DNA from: Desulfomonilia bacterium
GTDB taxonomy: Bacteria > Desulfobacterota > Desulfomonilia > UBA1062
Direction of reading: 5' to 3'
Assembly: GCA_050014195.1 (NCBI GenBank)
Contig: JBEKDT010000002.1
Span: 358,174 to 422,173 of the forward strand
Length of the DNA: 64,000 bases
A model generated the notes under the pieces. It searched no databases. It saw only the letters and a list, made by a program, of their open reading frames with translations, and was not told the DNA's origin. Shown here piece by piece: positions 1 through 10,217 of this stretch; position 1 is the stretch's first letter; each line of letters opens with the position of its first letter. The position numbers and the translations under genes are program-made.

Positions 1-498
1 GCAGTCCAACTCGCCGAAACCTTTGAATATACAGGGGCAAACACGATCATCCTCCATCCCAGGACGCGTTTGGATATGTATCGGGGAAGGCCCAGGTGGG
101 AAATCCTCTATGAGATGAAGAAGCATATTATGATCCCTGTAGTGGCGAGCGGCGATATAAGGACGAATGAAGATCTCGGCATGCTCTCGGGCCTCGGGGC
201 CGATGCATTTATGGTAGGCAGGGGCGCCATCGGCAGACCGTGGATCTTCCGCGAGCTTATCGGCGGACCAGCAGCCTCCATCCATGAGCGCAAAGATATC
301 ATGCTCAGGCATTTGGACATGCTCTGTACCTGTCATGGGTCAAGGACCGGTGTGCGCCACATGAGGAAGTTTCTCTCTTCGTACGTGAAAGGGTTGCATG
401 GTGCATCGCACTTCCGCTTGAAGGCATGTATCATCGATGCCCCGGATCAACTTACCAAAACCATTTGCGATTTCTTTTCCAGCATCGATCCCCTTTGA
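1..498 (+). CDS. dusB: tRNA-dihydrouridine synthase (5'-truncated by window edge)
   Basis: Open frame from base 1: ILHPRTRLDMY...PVVASGDI...GADAFMVGRGAIGRPWIF...MRKFLSSY, the Dus FMN-barrel C-terminal motifs. Confidence 0.85.
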   Translation, partial: AVQLAETFEYTGANTIILHPRTRLDMYRGRPRWEILYEMKKHIMIPVVASGDIRTNEDLGMLSGLGADAFMVGRGAIGRPWIFRELIGGPAASIHERKDIMLRHLDMLCTCHGSRTGVRHMRKFLSSYVKGLHGASHFRLKACIIDAPDQLTKTICDFFSSIDPL

Positions 499-527
499 TT
501 TTTTTCAGAAAATCCGATATACATATC

Positions 528-1322
528 ATGATGTTTATGCACCCGAGATTCCGCCTCTTGGGAATATGTGTTTGTACTGCTCTTGTTCTGTGCATAGGCA
601 ACAAACCTTGCCCTAACTTCTGGGCATCCGCTGTGCTTGCCGGGCAGAAACCGATACCGTACCTTGTTGAGAAGGCAAATCAAGGGAAGCTCCTCTTGAT
701 CGGCACCAGGCATGATAACATAGATATGCATAACTTCATTACTGAATCCCTGCCGATGCTCGTTAAGGAAGCCGGGGTGAACACCCTTTTCCTGGAGATA
801 CCATCCAGCCAGCAAAAGAATATAAACCGGTTCCTTAATGGTGATGCCGGCCTTCAAGAGATAGGCATGTGGAAGATTATTTCATCCGATGCTTATTGCA
901 ATATCCTCTGCAAAGCACGTGAACTGGGCATGAATGTCGTTGCAATGGACAACGACGAAGATCCCTGCATCCCGAGAGACAAATGGATGGCAATGCACGT
1001 TGCAGAATACCTGAAGACCAACCCCTTAACCAGGGGGATGATAGTGGTGGGAAACTGCCATATACTAAAAAATATCAAATGGGCCTTGAGAGAAGGGCAA
1101 TCGCTCGCGGACTACCTGAATGAATATAAAACGTTCTCTGTGCTTATGTGGCAAGGTGATTTCGATTCTTCCTGCCCCCTTGCCTTGGATATCGACCCTG
1201 TAGTATTCCAGGGGGTGAAAGATCCGACCCTTAAGAGCCTGAACCTGCTCCCTCAGATATCGCTCTCCAACACGGCAGATGGGGTGATTTTCTTACCCAT
1301 TCCGGTCAAGGGCAATAGCTAA
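528..1322 (+). CDS. Exported protein, ChaN/EreA/TIKI-like fold (putative)
   Basis: Hydrophobic N-terminus and motifs IGTRH, LFLEIP, VVAMD, RDKWMA, VGNCH resemble ChaN-like proteins; in-frame ATG at 528/531. Confidence 0.5.
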   Translation: MMFMHPRFRLLGICVCTALVLCIGNKPCPNFWASAVLAGQKPIPYLVEKANQGKLLLIGTRHDNIDMHNFITESLPMLVKEAGVNTLFLEIPSSQQKNINRFLNGDAGLQEIGMWKIISSDAYCNILCKARELGMNVVAMDNDEDPCIPRDKWMAMHVAEYLKTNPLTRGMIVVGNCHILKNIKWALREGQSLADYLNEYKTFSVLMWQGDFDSSCPLALDIDPVVFQGVKDPTLKSLNLLPQISLSNTADGVIFLPIPVKGNS

Positions 1323-1407
1323 ACCCGCCTCATCCTTTATTTCTTACTGAACAGTGCATGCTCAGTAAGCATTGCAATTCTTTCATGGCACCGCTACAAT
1401 ACCTGTC

Positions 1408-1998
1408 ATGCCGACCATCTTTATCGGAGAAAACCCCAGGTTAGAGGCAGTTGTTGAGGATACGGGCTCGGATAAGTATGTGGTCATTACACATCCGCAC
1501 TCCCTTATGGGCGGAAACATGAGCAACAACGTAGTCATGACCGCCTGGAGGGCATCCCTGGAAAAGGGCCTATGCTCGGTGCGCTTCAACTTCAGGGGTG
1601 TTGGCAGAAGCGACGGTTCGTTCGACGAAGGCAACGGGGAGATGAACGACCTGGCCACGGTGATCGGCTTCGTTCAGAAGCCGGTGATCATCATCGGGTA
1701 TTCCTTTGGAGCATGGGTGGCTGCACGGCTCATGCAACGCCTGGAAGATCCCATTCCCTGTATCTTTATCTCACCGCCCACTGCCATGTTTGCCTTCCCA
1801 TCCATGAAGCGCCATAGTGTCTTGGCTATCACCGGCGAGGCCGACCAGTTCTGCAGCATACCTACCCTGGAAACCCTCCTGGACAAGGACCGCATCTTCA
1901 TTGTGAAGGATGTGGACCATTTCTGGTTCGGCGAAGAGGACCGGCTTGTGCCGTATTTAAAGGATAAGCTTGAGCTCATCAACCCGGTTACAAAATAA
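1408..1998 (+). CDS. Alpha/beta hydrolase
   Basis: HPHSLMGGNMSNNVV, RFNFRGVGRS, nucleophile GYSFG, GEADQF, DHF. Confidence 0.9.
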   Translation: MPTIFIGENPRLEAVVEDTGSDKYVVITHPHSLMGGNMSNNVVMTAWRASLEKGLCSVRFNFRGVGRSDGSFDEGNGEMNDLATVIGFVQKPVIIIGYSFGAWVAARLMQRLEDPIPCIFISPPTAMFAFPSMKRHSVLAITGEADQFCSIPTLETLLDKDRIFIVKDVDHFWFGEEDRLVPYLKDKLELINPVTK

Positions 1999-2049
1999 TT
2001 TTCCTTTCATGAAAATTGCTTCAAACCCACTGATAGTCCATGGTATTGA

Positions 2050-3948
2050 GTGAAACTTGAACTTGAAGTTCACAGAGATTTTCCTTTGGAGGCTTTAGGG
2101 ATGGATGTAGCAGACATCATCGTACAAAACGGGACAGAGCCTGCCGTTAGGGACCGTGTCTTCATCCTGTTCAGGGATGACACAGAGATGCTTAAGACCT
2201 TTACCTATGCCGAGTTCTACGAACAGTCCCTGGCGTACGGAAATATGATAAGCGGCATGAAGCAGTCCTTAAGGATCGGTGAGAACGACCGTTTCCATGT
2301 GGGTGTGTTCATGCAGAACATCCCGGAGTTCTTTTTCCTGCTCGGGGGCTGTGCCTTCACGAATGCCACCCTTGTGGGGGTAAACAATGCCCAGGTGGGA
2401 GAAAAGCTGGCTTTCGACATCAACAACATAGACATGCATGTGCTCTTTGTGGATCATGCAATGCAGCCGGGTACAAGGGGAACCTTTTTAGACACGGTTC
2501 TCTCCGCCAAGGAGACCTTCGGTTTTACCGGTTTGGCCGAGGACTTTATCTTTGCGACAGACGCCCTTCAGAAAATGGCACGACCGCCGATCAAGACCAT
2601 CTCCCAAAAACTGCACGGGTCATCAAAATCAATCTCCACCTTCCTCCCCTGCCCCCTGGATCCTTCAAGGGCGGCGGTGATCATCTTCACTTCCGGCACA
2701 ACAGGGGCGCCCAAGGGCATCGAGGTAACCTGGCAGAAGCTCTTTGACACCGGGGTGAACGGAACGAAGATATTGAACTATACAAAAGACGATGTGGGTT
2801 ATGTATGCATGCCCATCAACCACTCCAATTCACTCTACCTCAACATCATGCCCGCCATGCTGAACGGGGCCAAGATCCTGCTGCGCAGACGATTCAGCGT
2901 GCGGAACTTCGTCAAGGACATCGAGGACTCCGGGGCAACGGTGTGGAACTGTGTAGGCGACCCGGTGCAGTATGTCATCAACCATGTCAAGAACACCATC
3001 GGGTCCCTGGCCGATTTCTCGCATCTCCCGCTGCGGACGGTCATCAGTACCGGCACCAACGCCCCCAACCGGGCCACCTTCACCAAGATGTTCGGCCTGG
3101 ATATCTTCACCGAGGTCTACGGGTCCACCGAGGCCGGGGCCGTTACGGCAGTGGATGGCCTCACCCCGGATTACAGTGTCGGCAGGCTCCTGAAGGACAT
3201 CCGCATCATTCATGAAAACACCCTTACGGAATGCACCCCGGCCAAGGTGGATGAGACAGGCAAGATCCTGAACCTTGACACCTCTGCAGGCGAGATCGTG
3301 GTAAGCCAGAGTTCCTTGGGTGCCTCTGCCTTTACGGGCTATTACCGCCTTCCCGAGGAGAGCGCCAAAAAGATCATCTTTCTTGAGGGTGATGCATTCT
3401 ACCGCATGGGCGACCTCGGCGCCATTGTAGAGCATGACAAGGTCAAATACCTCGTGTTCCTGGGCCGCACCGGAGACTGGATACGTTTCAAGGGCGAAAA
3501 CTGGACGCCCGTTGATGCAGAGAAGATCATCGGCAAATATGAAGCAATCACCAATGCGGGCATCATCGGAGTGCCCCAGGCAAAGGGCAGGGAGGACGAC
3601 CCCATGTACATCATCGAGGTAAGAGATCCCGGCACCTTTGAGGTGGGGCCATTCCTGTCCTTCTGCAAGAAAAGCCTGCCCCACTACATGCAGCCGCGCT
3701 TTATCCGCATCGTGAAGGGCGTGCCCCTGACCGAGACCATGAAGCTCAAGAAGTCCGTGCTCAAGAACGAGTTCTACTACCGTGCATCCGACTCAGACGG
3801 CCTGGAAGACGACATCATCTACCTGATCGAGAGCGGCCATCCGCGCCGGTTTGGCGCAGCGGACTATCTTGCCGAGATTGCATTGTTCACACATGCAACA
3901 AACCGTGATACGCTTCAGGCCTTCACCAAGCGCTCGGACCTGTTCTAA
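2050..3948 (+). CDS. AMP-dependent acyl-CoA synthetase (CaiC/FATP-like)
   Basis: IIFTSGTTGAPKG, YGSTE, YRMGDLG, GRTGDWIRFKGEN, PLTETMKLKK; start GTG 2050 or ATG 2101. Confidence 0.9.
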   Translation: MKLELEVHRDFPLEALGMDVADIIVQNGTEPAVRDRVFILFRDDTEMLKTFTYAEFYEQSLAYGNMISGMKQSLRIGENDRFHVGVFMQNIPEFFFLLGGCAFTNATLVGVNNAQVGEKLAFDINNIDMHVLFVDHAMQPGTRGTFLDTVLSAKETFGFTGLAEDFIFATDALQKMARPPIKTISQKLHGSSKSISTFLPCPLDPSRAAVIIFTSGTTGAPKGIEVTWQKLFDTGVNGTKILNYTKDDVGYVCMPINHSNSLYLNIMPAMLNGAKILLRRRFSVRNFVKDIEDSGATVWNCVGDPVQYVINHVKNTIGSLADFSHLPLRTVISTGTNAPNRATFTKMFGLDIFTEVYGSTEAGAVTAVDGLTPDYSVGRLLKDIRIIHENTLTECTPAKVDETGKILNLDTSAGEIVVSQSSLGASAFTGYYRLPEESAKKIIFLEGDAFYRMGDLGAIVEHDKVKYLVFLGRTGDWIRFKGENWTPVDAEKIIGKYEAITNAGIIGVPQAKGREDDPMYIIEVRDPGTFEVGPFLSFCKKSLPHYMQPRFIRIVKGVPLTETMKLKKSVLKNEFYYRASDSDGLEDDIIYLIESGHPRRFGAADYLAEIALFTHATNRDTLQAFTKRSDLF

Positions 3949-3967
3949 GGCGTAAGGAGATACACCC

Positions 3968-5209
3968 ATGACGAAGAAAAGCCCTGTGAGCTCGCTGCAG
4001 AAACAGCTGATGACACGGCATTACAACAATGCCTTTCATGCAAAGCAGGAAGGCAGACCGGTAGTATATGTCACCGCCATGTTCCCGGTGGAGATCGTCA
4101 GGGCCTTCGAGCCCCATGTGGCCATAGTATACCCTGAGAACCATGCAGTGAACATCATTGTCAGCGGTATGGCCGAGGAATTGTCATCGCTCGCGATAAC
4201 CAGAGAGCACCTCGACACCATGGGCTGTTCTTATGAACTGGCGAACACAGGCTACCTGCTGGCAATGCATGGCTTACAGGAATCAGGGGCGTCCGAAGCG
4301 ATGAAGAAACTCCCTCCCCTGCCAGCCCCTGACATACTGCTCGCATGTAACAACCAGTGTGACGTGGTGGCCGAATGGTACCAGAACCTGAGCGCACTAT
4401 GCGGCAATATCCCTTACCGGGTGATCAATGTGGGCAACCGTTATGACGGTGTGGTGGATCCTTCACGTGTTCAATATGTAAGAGAGCAGCTCCTCGATGT
4501 CATTAGCCTGCTCGAAGAAAAGACTCTCACCCATCTGGACCGGGACCTATTGCTGGAGATCGCCGGCCGGGCCAACCAGGCCGCAGGGCTGTGGAAACGC
4601 TACCTCGATTTCGGGAAGCGCATACCCTCGCCCATAACCGCATTTGACGGCTTCTTCCACATGGCACTCATTGTTTCCGAGCGCGGGACCAAGAGTGCCA
4701 TTGATTATTATGAAAAGCTCCTGAAAGAGACTTTAGACCGCGTGGATTCGGGAGAAGCGGCTGTGAGCCCGGAGCGGCACCGGGTGCTGTGGGACAACCT
4801 GGCCACCTGGTTCAACTTCGGAGAGCTCAAGCGGACCCTGGCAGGCCGGGGCACGGCAGTGGTAGGCTCCACCTATCTTGATGTCTGGAAAAAGGAGTTC
4901 GACACATCGAGCTTTGATACCCTGCTTACCAGCATGGCCGAGGCGTATTGCGTCATGTATACCAATCTCACACTGCAAGAGCGTATTGCATTGTGGAAGC
5001 AGATGGTGCGCGATTACCGGGCCGAGGGCGTGCTCTTCCACAACAACAGGAGCTGCCATACCTTCTCGCGCCTGCAGGGCCAGATCGCCGAGGCCCTGAA
5101 GAAAGAATTCGGCGAAGGCTTCAAGGCAATCGTCTTTGACGGCGACATGGGGCTTGAAGAACGCTTTCAGAAGCACCGGTTCTTTACTGCCATCGAAACC
5201 TTCTTTTAA
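3968..5209 (+). CDS. 2-hydroxyacyl-CoA dehydratase / benzoyl-CoA reductase-type Fe-S subunit
   Basis: YPENH, GCSY, CNNQC..WY, NRSC motifs of the HgdA/FldB family; RBS AAGGAG. Confidence 0.85.
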   Translation: MTKKSPVSSLQKQLMTRHYNNAFHAKQEGRPVVYVTAMFPVEIVRAFEPHVAIVYPENHAVNIIVSGMAEELSSLAITREHLDTMGCSYELANTGYLLAMHGLQESGASEAMKKLPPLPAPDILLACNNQCDVVAEWYQNLSALCGNIPYRVINVGNRYDGVVDPSRVQYVREQLLDVISLLEEKTLTHLDRDLLLEIAGRANQAAGLWKRYLDFGKRIPSPITAFDGFFHMALIVSERGTKSAIDYYEKLLKETLDRVDSGEAAVSPERHRVLWDNLATWFNFGELKRTLAGRGTAVVGSTYLDVWKKEFDTSSFDTLLTSMAEAYCVMYTNLTLQERIALWKQMVRDYRAEGVLFHNNRSCHTFSRLQGQIAEALKKEFGEGFKAIVFDGDMGLEERFQKHRFFTAIETFF

Positions 5210-5351
5210 GATATGAGATAAAAGCTTCATGAGAATACCCGGCAAAAAGTGTTAGAAAAGAACGTGCACATCATTTTTTTCAGTAATCTTGCACCGTATC
5301 TCTTGACCATTACACGCTTGGCGGTATTCATAGAATGAAAAGAGAACCTTT

Positions 5352-6776
5352 ATGCACAACCCTCGGAGCTATGCCTTTTATAACATGGGGCTCTTTGACG
5401 GTGAGTCGGAGAGGCTGCACCACGGCAAATGTGTCGTGGTGGAAGGGAAAAACATCCTGTCCATAGATGAAGGCCCGGATGCGGCTAAGTCTGCAGGATT
5501 TATAACAATCGATCTCAACGGCTTCACCCTCATGCCCGGCCTCATCGATTGCCATGTGCACCTCACTATGCCGTTCATGACGCATGTTACTCGCAAGGCG
5601 ATCATGGATTTATCCACCCAAATCGAGCGGAACGCCAAGGTATGCATAGAAGCGGGCATCACCACAGTCCGTGATGCAGGAGGCTTCCCCCGCAGGCTTA
5701 TGAGCCTTATCACCGAGGTGAACAGCGGTGATCTGCCAGGCCCCAGGATTATCAGATGCAACTCTAGCATCACCACCCCTCGTGGATGCCCTGAGTGGGT
5801 TCCTTATTTCAACCCTCTTGTAAGATACTTCATGGGCGGGCAGTATGTCGAACGGGTGAAAACACCCTCAGAGGCAAAGAACCGGGTTGAGGAGATGGTA
5901 CGCATGGGCGCGGACTGGATCAAGATCTACTGCCAGCACAAATCAACACTGCTCGGCAGGGGGGATCTTCCCGTGTTCGACTCCTCGACCTTCAAGGCCA
6001 TCATGGATACTGCCCGCAGGTATAAGAAGAAGGTATGCTGCCGCATCAGCTCCATTAAAGATCTAAAATACGCCATGTCCATGGGTGTTAACACCTTCGA
6101 GCACGGCCCCATCGAGGAGATACCGGACGATACGGCCATGGAGTTTTCAGCCAAGGACATGGTGTTGAACCCCACACTCGCCTGCCTTGACCTCGGAGAC
6201 GAATCATTATGGGCAATGCTTGAGACAATAGTGAATAAACATGGCAAGACCTTCCTGGAGCCCGAGCCTTTGAGGCAGGTCAAGGAGTATATCGCCATCT
6301 ACCGGGAAAGGCCCTACCCTCCTCCTGAGGAGGAATATCTGAAGAGACCTTATATAGACAAACCGCTGCTTTCCAGGGGCTTCCATCTGGCACTTGCCAA
6401 TGTCGGAAAAATCCTGCATGCAGGCGGGCGCATAGGGGTAGCAAGCGACTCGGGGGGGCTCCCTGCCGCATTTTTTGGGGTGTTCTATCCTGAAGAGCTC
6501 AAGAGGCTTAACCGGGCAGGGCTTACGCCTGCACAAGTGCTTGCGGCCGCCACATCGGGAAACGCATCCATACTGGGCATTGATCACACCCTTGGCACCA
6601 TAAAACCCGGGATGACAGCCGACCTGATAGCAATCGACGGCAACCCCCTGGAAAACCTCGATGCCATGAAATATGTCAAGATTGTCATGAAGGGCGGCAA
6701 CTTCATGAAAGGCGAGCCGGAAGCGGCTTCATTCCAGAGTATGGTGATGTCGCGGCATCAAATATACATGCACTGA
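5352..6776 (+). CDS. Metal-dependent amidohydrolase (prolidase-like)
   Basis: MPGLIDCHVH, GITTVRDAG, WIK, EHG, SDSG, GTIKPGMTADL. Confidence 0.88.
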   Translation: MHNPRSYAFYNMGLFDGESERLHHGKCVVVEGKNILSIDEGPDAAKSAGFITIDLNGFTLMPGLIDCHVHLTMPFMTHVTRKAIMDLSTQIERNAKVCIEAGITTVRDAGGFPRRLMSLITEVNSGDLPGPRIIRCNSSITTPRGCPEWVPYFNPLVRYFMGGQYVERVKTPSEAKNRVEEMVRMGADWIKIYCQHKSTLLGRGDLPVFDSSTFKAIMDTARRYKKKVCCRISSIKDLKYAMSMGVNTFEHGPIEEIPDDTAMEFSAKDMVLNPTLACLDLGDESLWAMLETIVNKHGKTFLEPEPLRQVKEYIAIYRERPYPPPEEEYLKRPYIDKPLLSRGFHLALANVGKILHAGGRIGVASDSGGLPAAFFGVFYPEELKRLNRAGLTPAQVLAAATSGNASILGIDHTLGTIKPGMTADLIAIDGNPLENLDAMKYVKIVMKGGNFMKGEPEAASFQSMVMSRHQIYMH

Positions 6777-6913
6777 TACTACTCCTTAGTAAACCGCACC
6801 GGGTTGCAGATTAGTTTTCGAATTAGTAAGCACATCCTTTTCCTGAATGCAAAGATAGGTTATAGTCCCATGTTCAATAAGGCTTCACATCTATCCAGAA
6901 AGGGTAAGAATTC

Positions 6914-8275
6914 ATGGGCGGGATTATGGTAAGCAAATTCGGCGGCAGCTCGGTGGCCAATGCTGTCCAGATTGAAAAGGTCAGAAGAATCGTCATGGCG
7001 GATAAGAGACGGCACATCATCGTGGTATCGGCCCCGGGCAAGGATGCAAACGATACCGAGAAGGTCACCGACCACCTTTTCAATCTTGCCACGAACGGCG
7101 AGTACTTCCAGATACGGGGAAAAGACGTCAACCCCAGGGAAAGTCACGAAAGTGTGGTGGGTAAATTCAAAGGCCTTATTCGTGATTTTGCAATCGAGGG
7201 TGACGACATCATCGAAGACCTGGAGGCGGACCTGAACAGCGCAATCGAAGGCCGCAAACGGATTGACTTCTTTGCATCAAGGGGTGAACACTACAGCGCC
7301 AAGGTAATTGCCCGTTACTTCAGAAACAAGGGTATGCAGGCCGCCCTACGGCTGCCTGAGGATATCGGTTTTCTCGTAACGGAGCGTTTCGGCAATGCCA
7401 AGATCCTCCCCGGCACCTATGTCAACCTGAAGGAGAACCTCACGGATGAAGGGATAATCATTATCCCCGGTTATTACGGCATCACCCTGAAAGGCGATAT
7501 CGCAGTCCTGTCCCGTGGAGGCTCCGACCTCACGGGTGGAGATGTGGCCTATGCCATGGATGCAGCCATCTATGAGAACTGGACCGACACGGACGGCATC
7601 TTTCAGGTGGATCCGCGTATCATCCCGGAGGCAAAAGTCATACCTGAGCTGACCTACAAGGAGATACGGCTGCTGAGTTATCGGGGGTTCAATGTCTTCC
7701 ACTTCGATGCGATGCTCAACTGCAAACACAAGAACATCCCCATCAATATCCGGAATACAAACAACCCCGATGCACCGGGGACGATGATCGTGGGTTCGCG
7801 CATACCCGAGGAGACCGTGGTGGGCATCGCCCGCATGGATGGGCTCGCCTATGTCTACATCGAGAAAGACATGATCGGTGAGACCATCGGCTTTACCATG
7901 GAATTGCTAGATATCTTCAAGGACTTCAACATCAATACCCACCACTACCCGTCCGACATGGACGATATCGCTGTTATCGTAGATCAGGTGGACCTTGCCG
8001 GCAAGGTCGATGACATAAAGGCCCTGATCAAGCAGCAGCTCAATCCTGATTATATAGATATCCAGACGAATCTGAGCCTTCTTTCCCCGGTAGGCTCAGG
8101 CATGAAGGACACCCCCGGTGTATTGGCCAAGGCCGCCGATGCGCTCTACCGTGAAGGCATAAATATCGATGTGGTCGACCAGGGGCCGTCCCAGATGAGC
8201 TTTCATTTCGGGATCAATCAAAAGTATGGTGATGCCGGGCTCAAGGCCCTCTTTAAAGAGATGCTGAGGCATTAA
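6914..8275 (+). CDS. lysC: Aspartate kinase
   Basis: KFGGSSVA, VVSAPGK, SRGGSDLTG, YENWTDTDG, two C-terminal ACT domains; start 6914 or 6926. Confidence 0.92.
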   Translation: MGGIMVSKFGGSSVANAVQIEKVRRIVMADKRRHIIVVSAPGKDANDTEKVTDHLFNLATNGEYFQIRGKDVNPRESHESVVGKFKGLIRDFAIEGDDIIEDLEADLNSAIEGRKRIDFFASRGEHYSAKVIARYFRNKGMQAALRLPEDIGFLVTERFGNAKILPGTYVNLKENLTDEGIIIIPGYYGITLKGDIAVLSRGGSDLTGGDVAYAMDAAIYENWTDTDGIFQVDPRIIPEAKVIPELTYKEIRLLSYRGFNVFHFDAMLNCKHKNIPINIRNTNNPDAPGTMIVGSRIPEETVVGIARMDGLAYVYIEKDMIGETIGFTMELLDIFKDFNINTHHYPSDMDDIAVIVDQVDLAGKVDDIKALIKQQLNPDYIDIQTNLSLLSPVGSGMKDTPGVLAKAADALYREGINIDVVDQGPSQMSFHFGINQKYGDAGLKALFKEMLRH

Positions 8276-8378
8276 ACAAAGGATTCACCGGGATTACTTA
8301 CATCATATTCTTCAAGACAAACGTTCCTTATCAGTGGTAGATATTTTAGTTGATAAACACCAAGAAAGGAGGGTTTGT

Positions 8379-8696
8379 ATGATCGTCGTCGTTGCCGTAA
8401 TGAAGGCCAAGAAAGGGAAAGAACAGGAAATGGAGGATGCATTAAGATGGCTCATCCCCCAGGTGGATTCCGAATCGGGCACCTTGCAGTATGTCCTCCA
8501 TCGGGCCAGGAAAGACACAGGCAAATTTCTCTTCTACGAGAAGTACCGGGACAAGGATGCGCTCAATACCCACAGCTCAACACCTTACTTCGCAGAGCTC
8601 TTCGGGAAGATAGCACCTTTACTCGATGGTGATCCTTCCATCGAGATCTATGAGGATATTGCATCGATCCAGGAAAAGATCTACCAGGCCCCATGA
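8379..8696 (+). CDS. ABM-domain protein (putative quinol monooxygenase)
   Basis: ESGTLQY, FLFYEKYRDKDALNTHSSTPYF; RBS AAGGAGG before ATG 8379. Confidence 0.88.
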   Translation: MIVVVAVMKAKKGKEQEMEDALRWLIPQVDSESGTLQYVLHRARKDTGKFLFYEKYRDKDALNTHSSTPYFAELFGKIAPLLDGDPSIEIYEDIASIQEKIYQAP

Positions 8697-8781
8697 GGAT
8701 ATTAGGTACTATTCAATAATATTGGGTAAATCTTATCATTCCATTGCCCAAGGGTGCATGATCTCTTGAAAGGAGATGCGC

Positions 8782-9330
8782 ATGAAACCTATTGGACCAT
8801 TGATGTGGGAACACAGGCTCATCGAGCAGATCATCCCCCTCATTAAGAATGAAATTAAAAACATTGAAAACACCAAGAGAACGAACGTGATATTCATAGA
8901 GAAGGCAGTGGACTTTTTCAGGACCTATGCCGATCGAACCCATCACGGCAAGGAGGAGGATATTCTCTTTAAGGCCCTGGAAGAAAAGCCTCTCTCGGAT
9001 GACCTTGTGAAAATAATGAATGAGCTTATGGACGAGCATACCATTGCCAGAAAGAATGTGCATGCCATCCTGGATGCAAGGCATGAGTATGTGAACGGCA
9101 AGGATGAGGTCATAGGGATTATCCTTAAAGGTCTCACCGACCTTTCGAACCTCTACCCGGTGCACATTGAAAAGGAGGATAAGCGTTTCTTCTTCCCTGT
9201 CATGGAATATTTCACGAACAAGGAACAGGAAAAGATGCTCGATGCGTTCCGGGAGTTTGACCGCAAGATGATCCACGAGAAATATCAGAATATCATGGAG
9301 CAGCTTGGGGTAAGGGTAAAGAGATGGTGA
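8782..9330 (+). CDS. Hemerythrin/HHE cation-binding domain protein
   Basis: LMWEH, HHGKEEDILF, EH, HIEKED motifs; RBS AGGAG. Confidence 0.88.
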   Translation: MKPIGPLMWEHRLIEQIIPLIKNEIKNIENTKRTNVIFIEKAVDFFRTYADRTHHGKEEDILFKALEEKPLSDDLVKIMNELMDEHTIARKNVHAILDARHEYVNGKDEVIGIILKGLTDLSNLYPVHIEKEDKRFFFPVMEYFTNKEQEKMLDAFREFDRKMIHEKYQNIMEQLGVRVKRW

Positions 9331-9484
9331 AGCAGCCGTGATCCTTGCCTTTTCATGCAGCCTTCATCTGTCACATTTATATTGCATCAACACCCTGAAG
9401 ATCAAAATAATGTAGAAGTGTAATGGGTTGTGTTATAATCTTAAAGAGTATACATTCTTGTAAAATTAGGTTGAGAGGATACAC

Positions 9485-10156
9485 ATGAAAGACGAACACG
9501 GGATAAAAGACGGATACTGGTTAATGGGGTTTCAGTATGAGTTTACCGGCAGTCTTTATAGTTTGGGGCAGATTCCACGATGTAAAGTTGCAATGCTGGA
9601 TCATTTGAACAGGGATGATAAACTCCTCGTAGCAGGTGTGGGACATGGCATTGAAGCAATAGAAGCCGCCAAGAGAGGGGTTAATGTTACGGCGGTTGAT
9701 ATTTCAAAAACCATGTTAAAGTACATGCAGAAGAAAATTGACCGGGCAAACCTGGATAAGCCGATACAGATAATAAACAATAATATCCTTAATGTTAACT
9801 ATCCTGCCGAGTATGACATGGTTATAGCAAACTACTTCCTGAATGTGTTTCCAAAAGAAAAGATGCTGCAGATTCTGACCCATCTCACAACCTTTGTAAA
9901 ACCCGGCGGGTATATGGTGATAGGCGATTTTGCGCTGCCGCTAAGCGGCGGATGGTTCTATAAGGCATTTCAAAACATCTATTGGTACTTAGCTGCAACA
10001 CTCTACTGGCTTACCGCGGATAATGCCGTCCATCCCATATATGATTATCCCGGTCTTCTCAAATCATTGGGCTTTGAGATAGCTGAGATAAAGTATTGTA
10101 AGATGCTTACCATGAACTGCCATTGGTCTATACTGGGAAAGAAAAAGGCGGCATAA
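9485..10156 (+). CDS. Class I SAM-dependent methyltransferase (paralogue 1)
   Basis: AGVGHG, AVDIS, YDMVIANYFLNVF, VKPGG. Confidence 0.88.
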   Translation: MKDEHGIKDGYWLMGFQYEFTGSLYSLGQIPRCKVAMLDHLNRDDKLLVAGVGHGIEAIEAAKRGVNVTAVDISKTMLKYMQKKIDRANLDKPIQIINNNILNVNYPAEYDMVIANYFLNVFPKEKMLQILTHLTTFVKPGGYMVIGDFALPLSGGWFYKAFQNIYWYLAATLYWLTADNAVHPIYDYPGLLKSLGFEIAEIKYCKMLTMNCHWSILGKKKAA

Positions 10157-10217
10157 TATCTATGCCCCACTCCATGAACACATGATGGATATGCCCTCAT
10201 AATAAAAGGAGCGGTTC

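Noticed and set aside
2830-3684. 284-aa antisense ORF
   Set aside because: Shadow of the acyl-CoA synthetase; no motifs.
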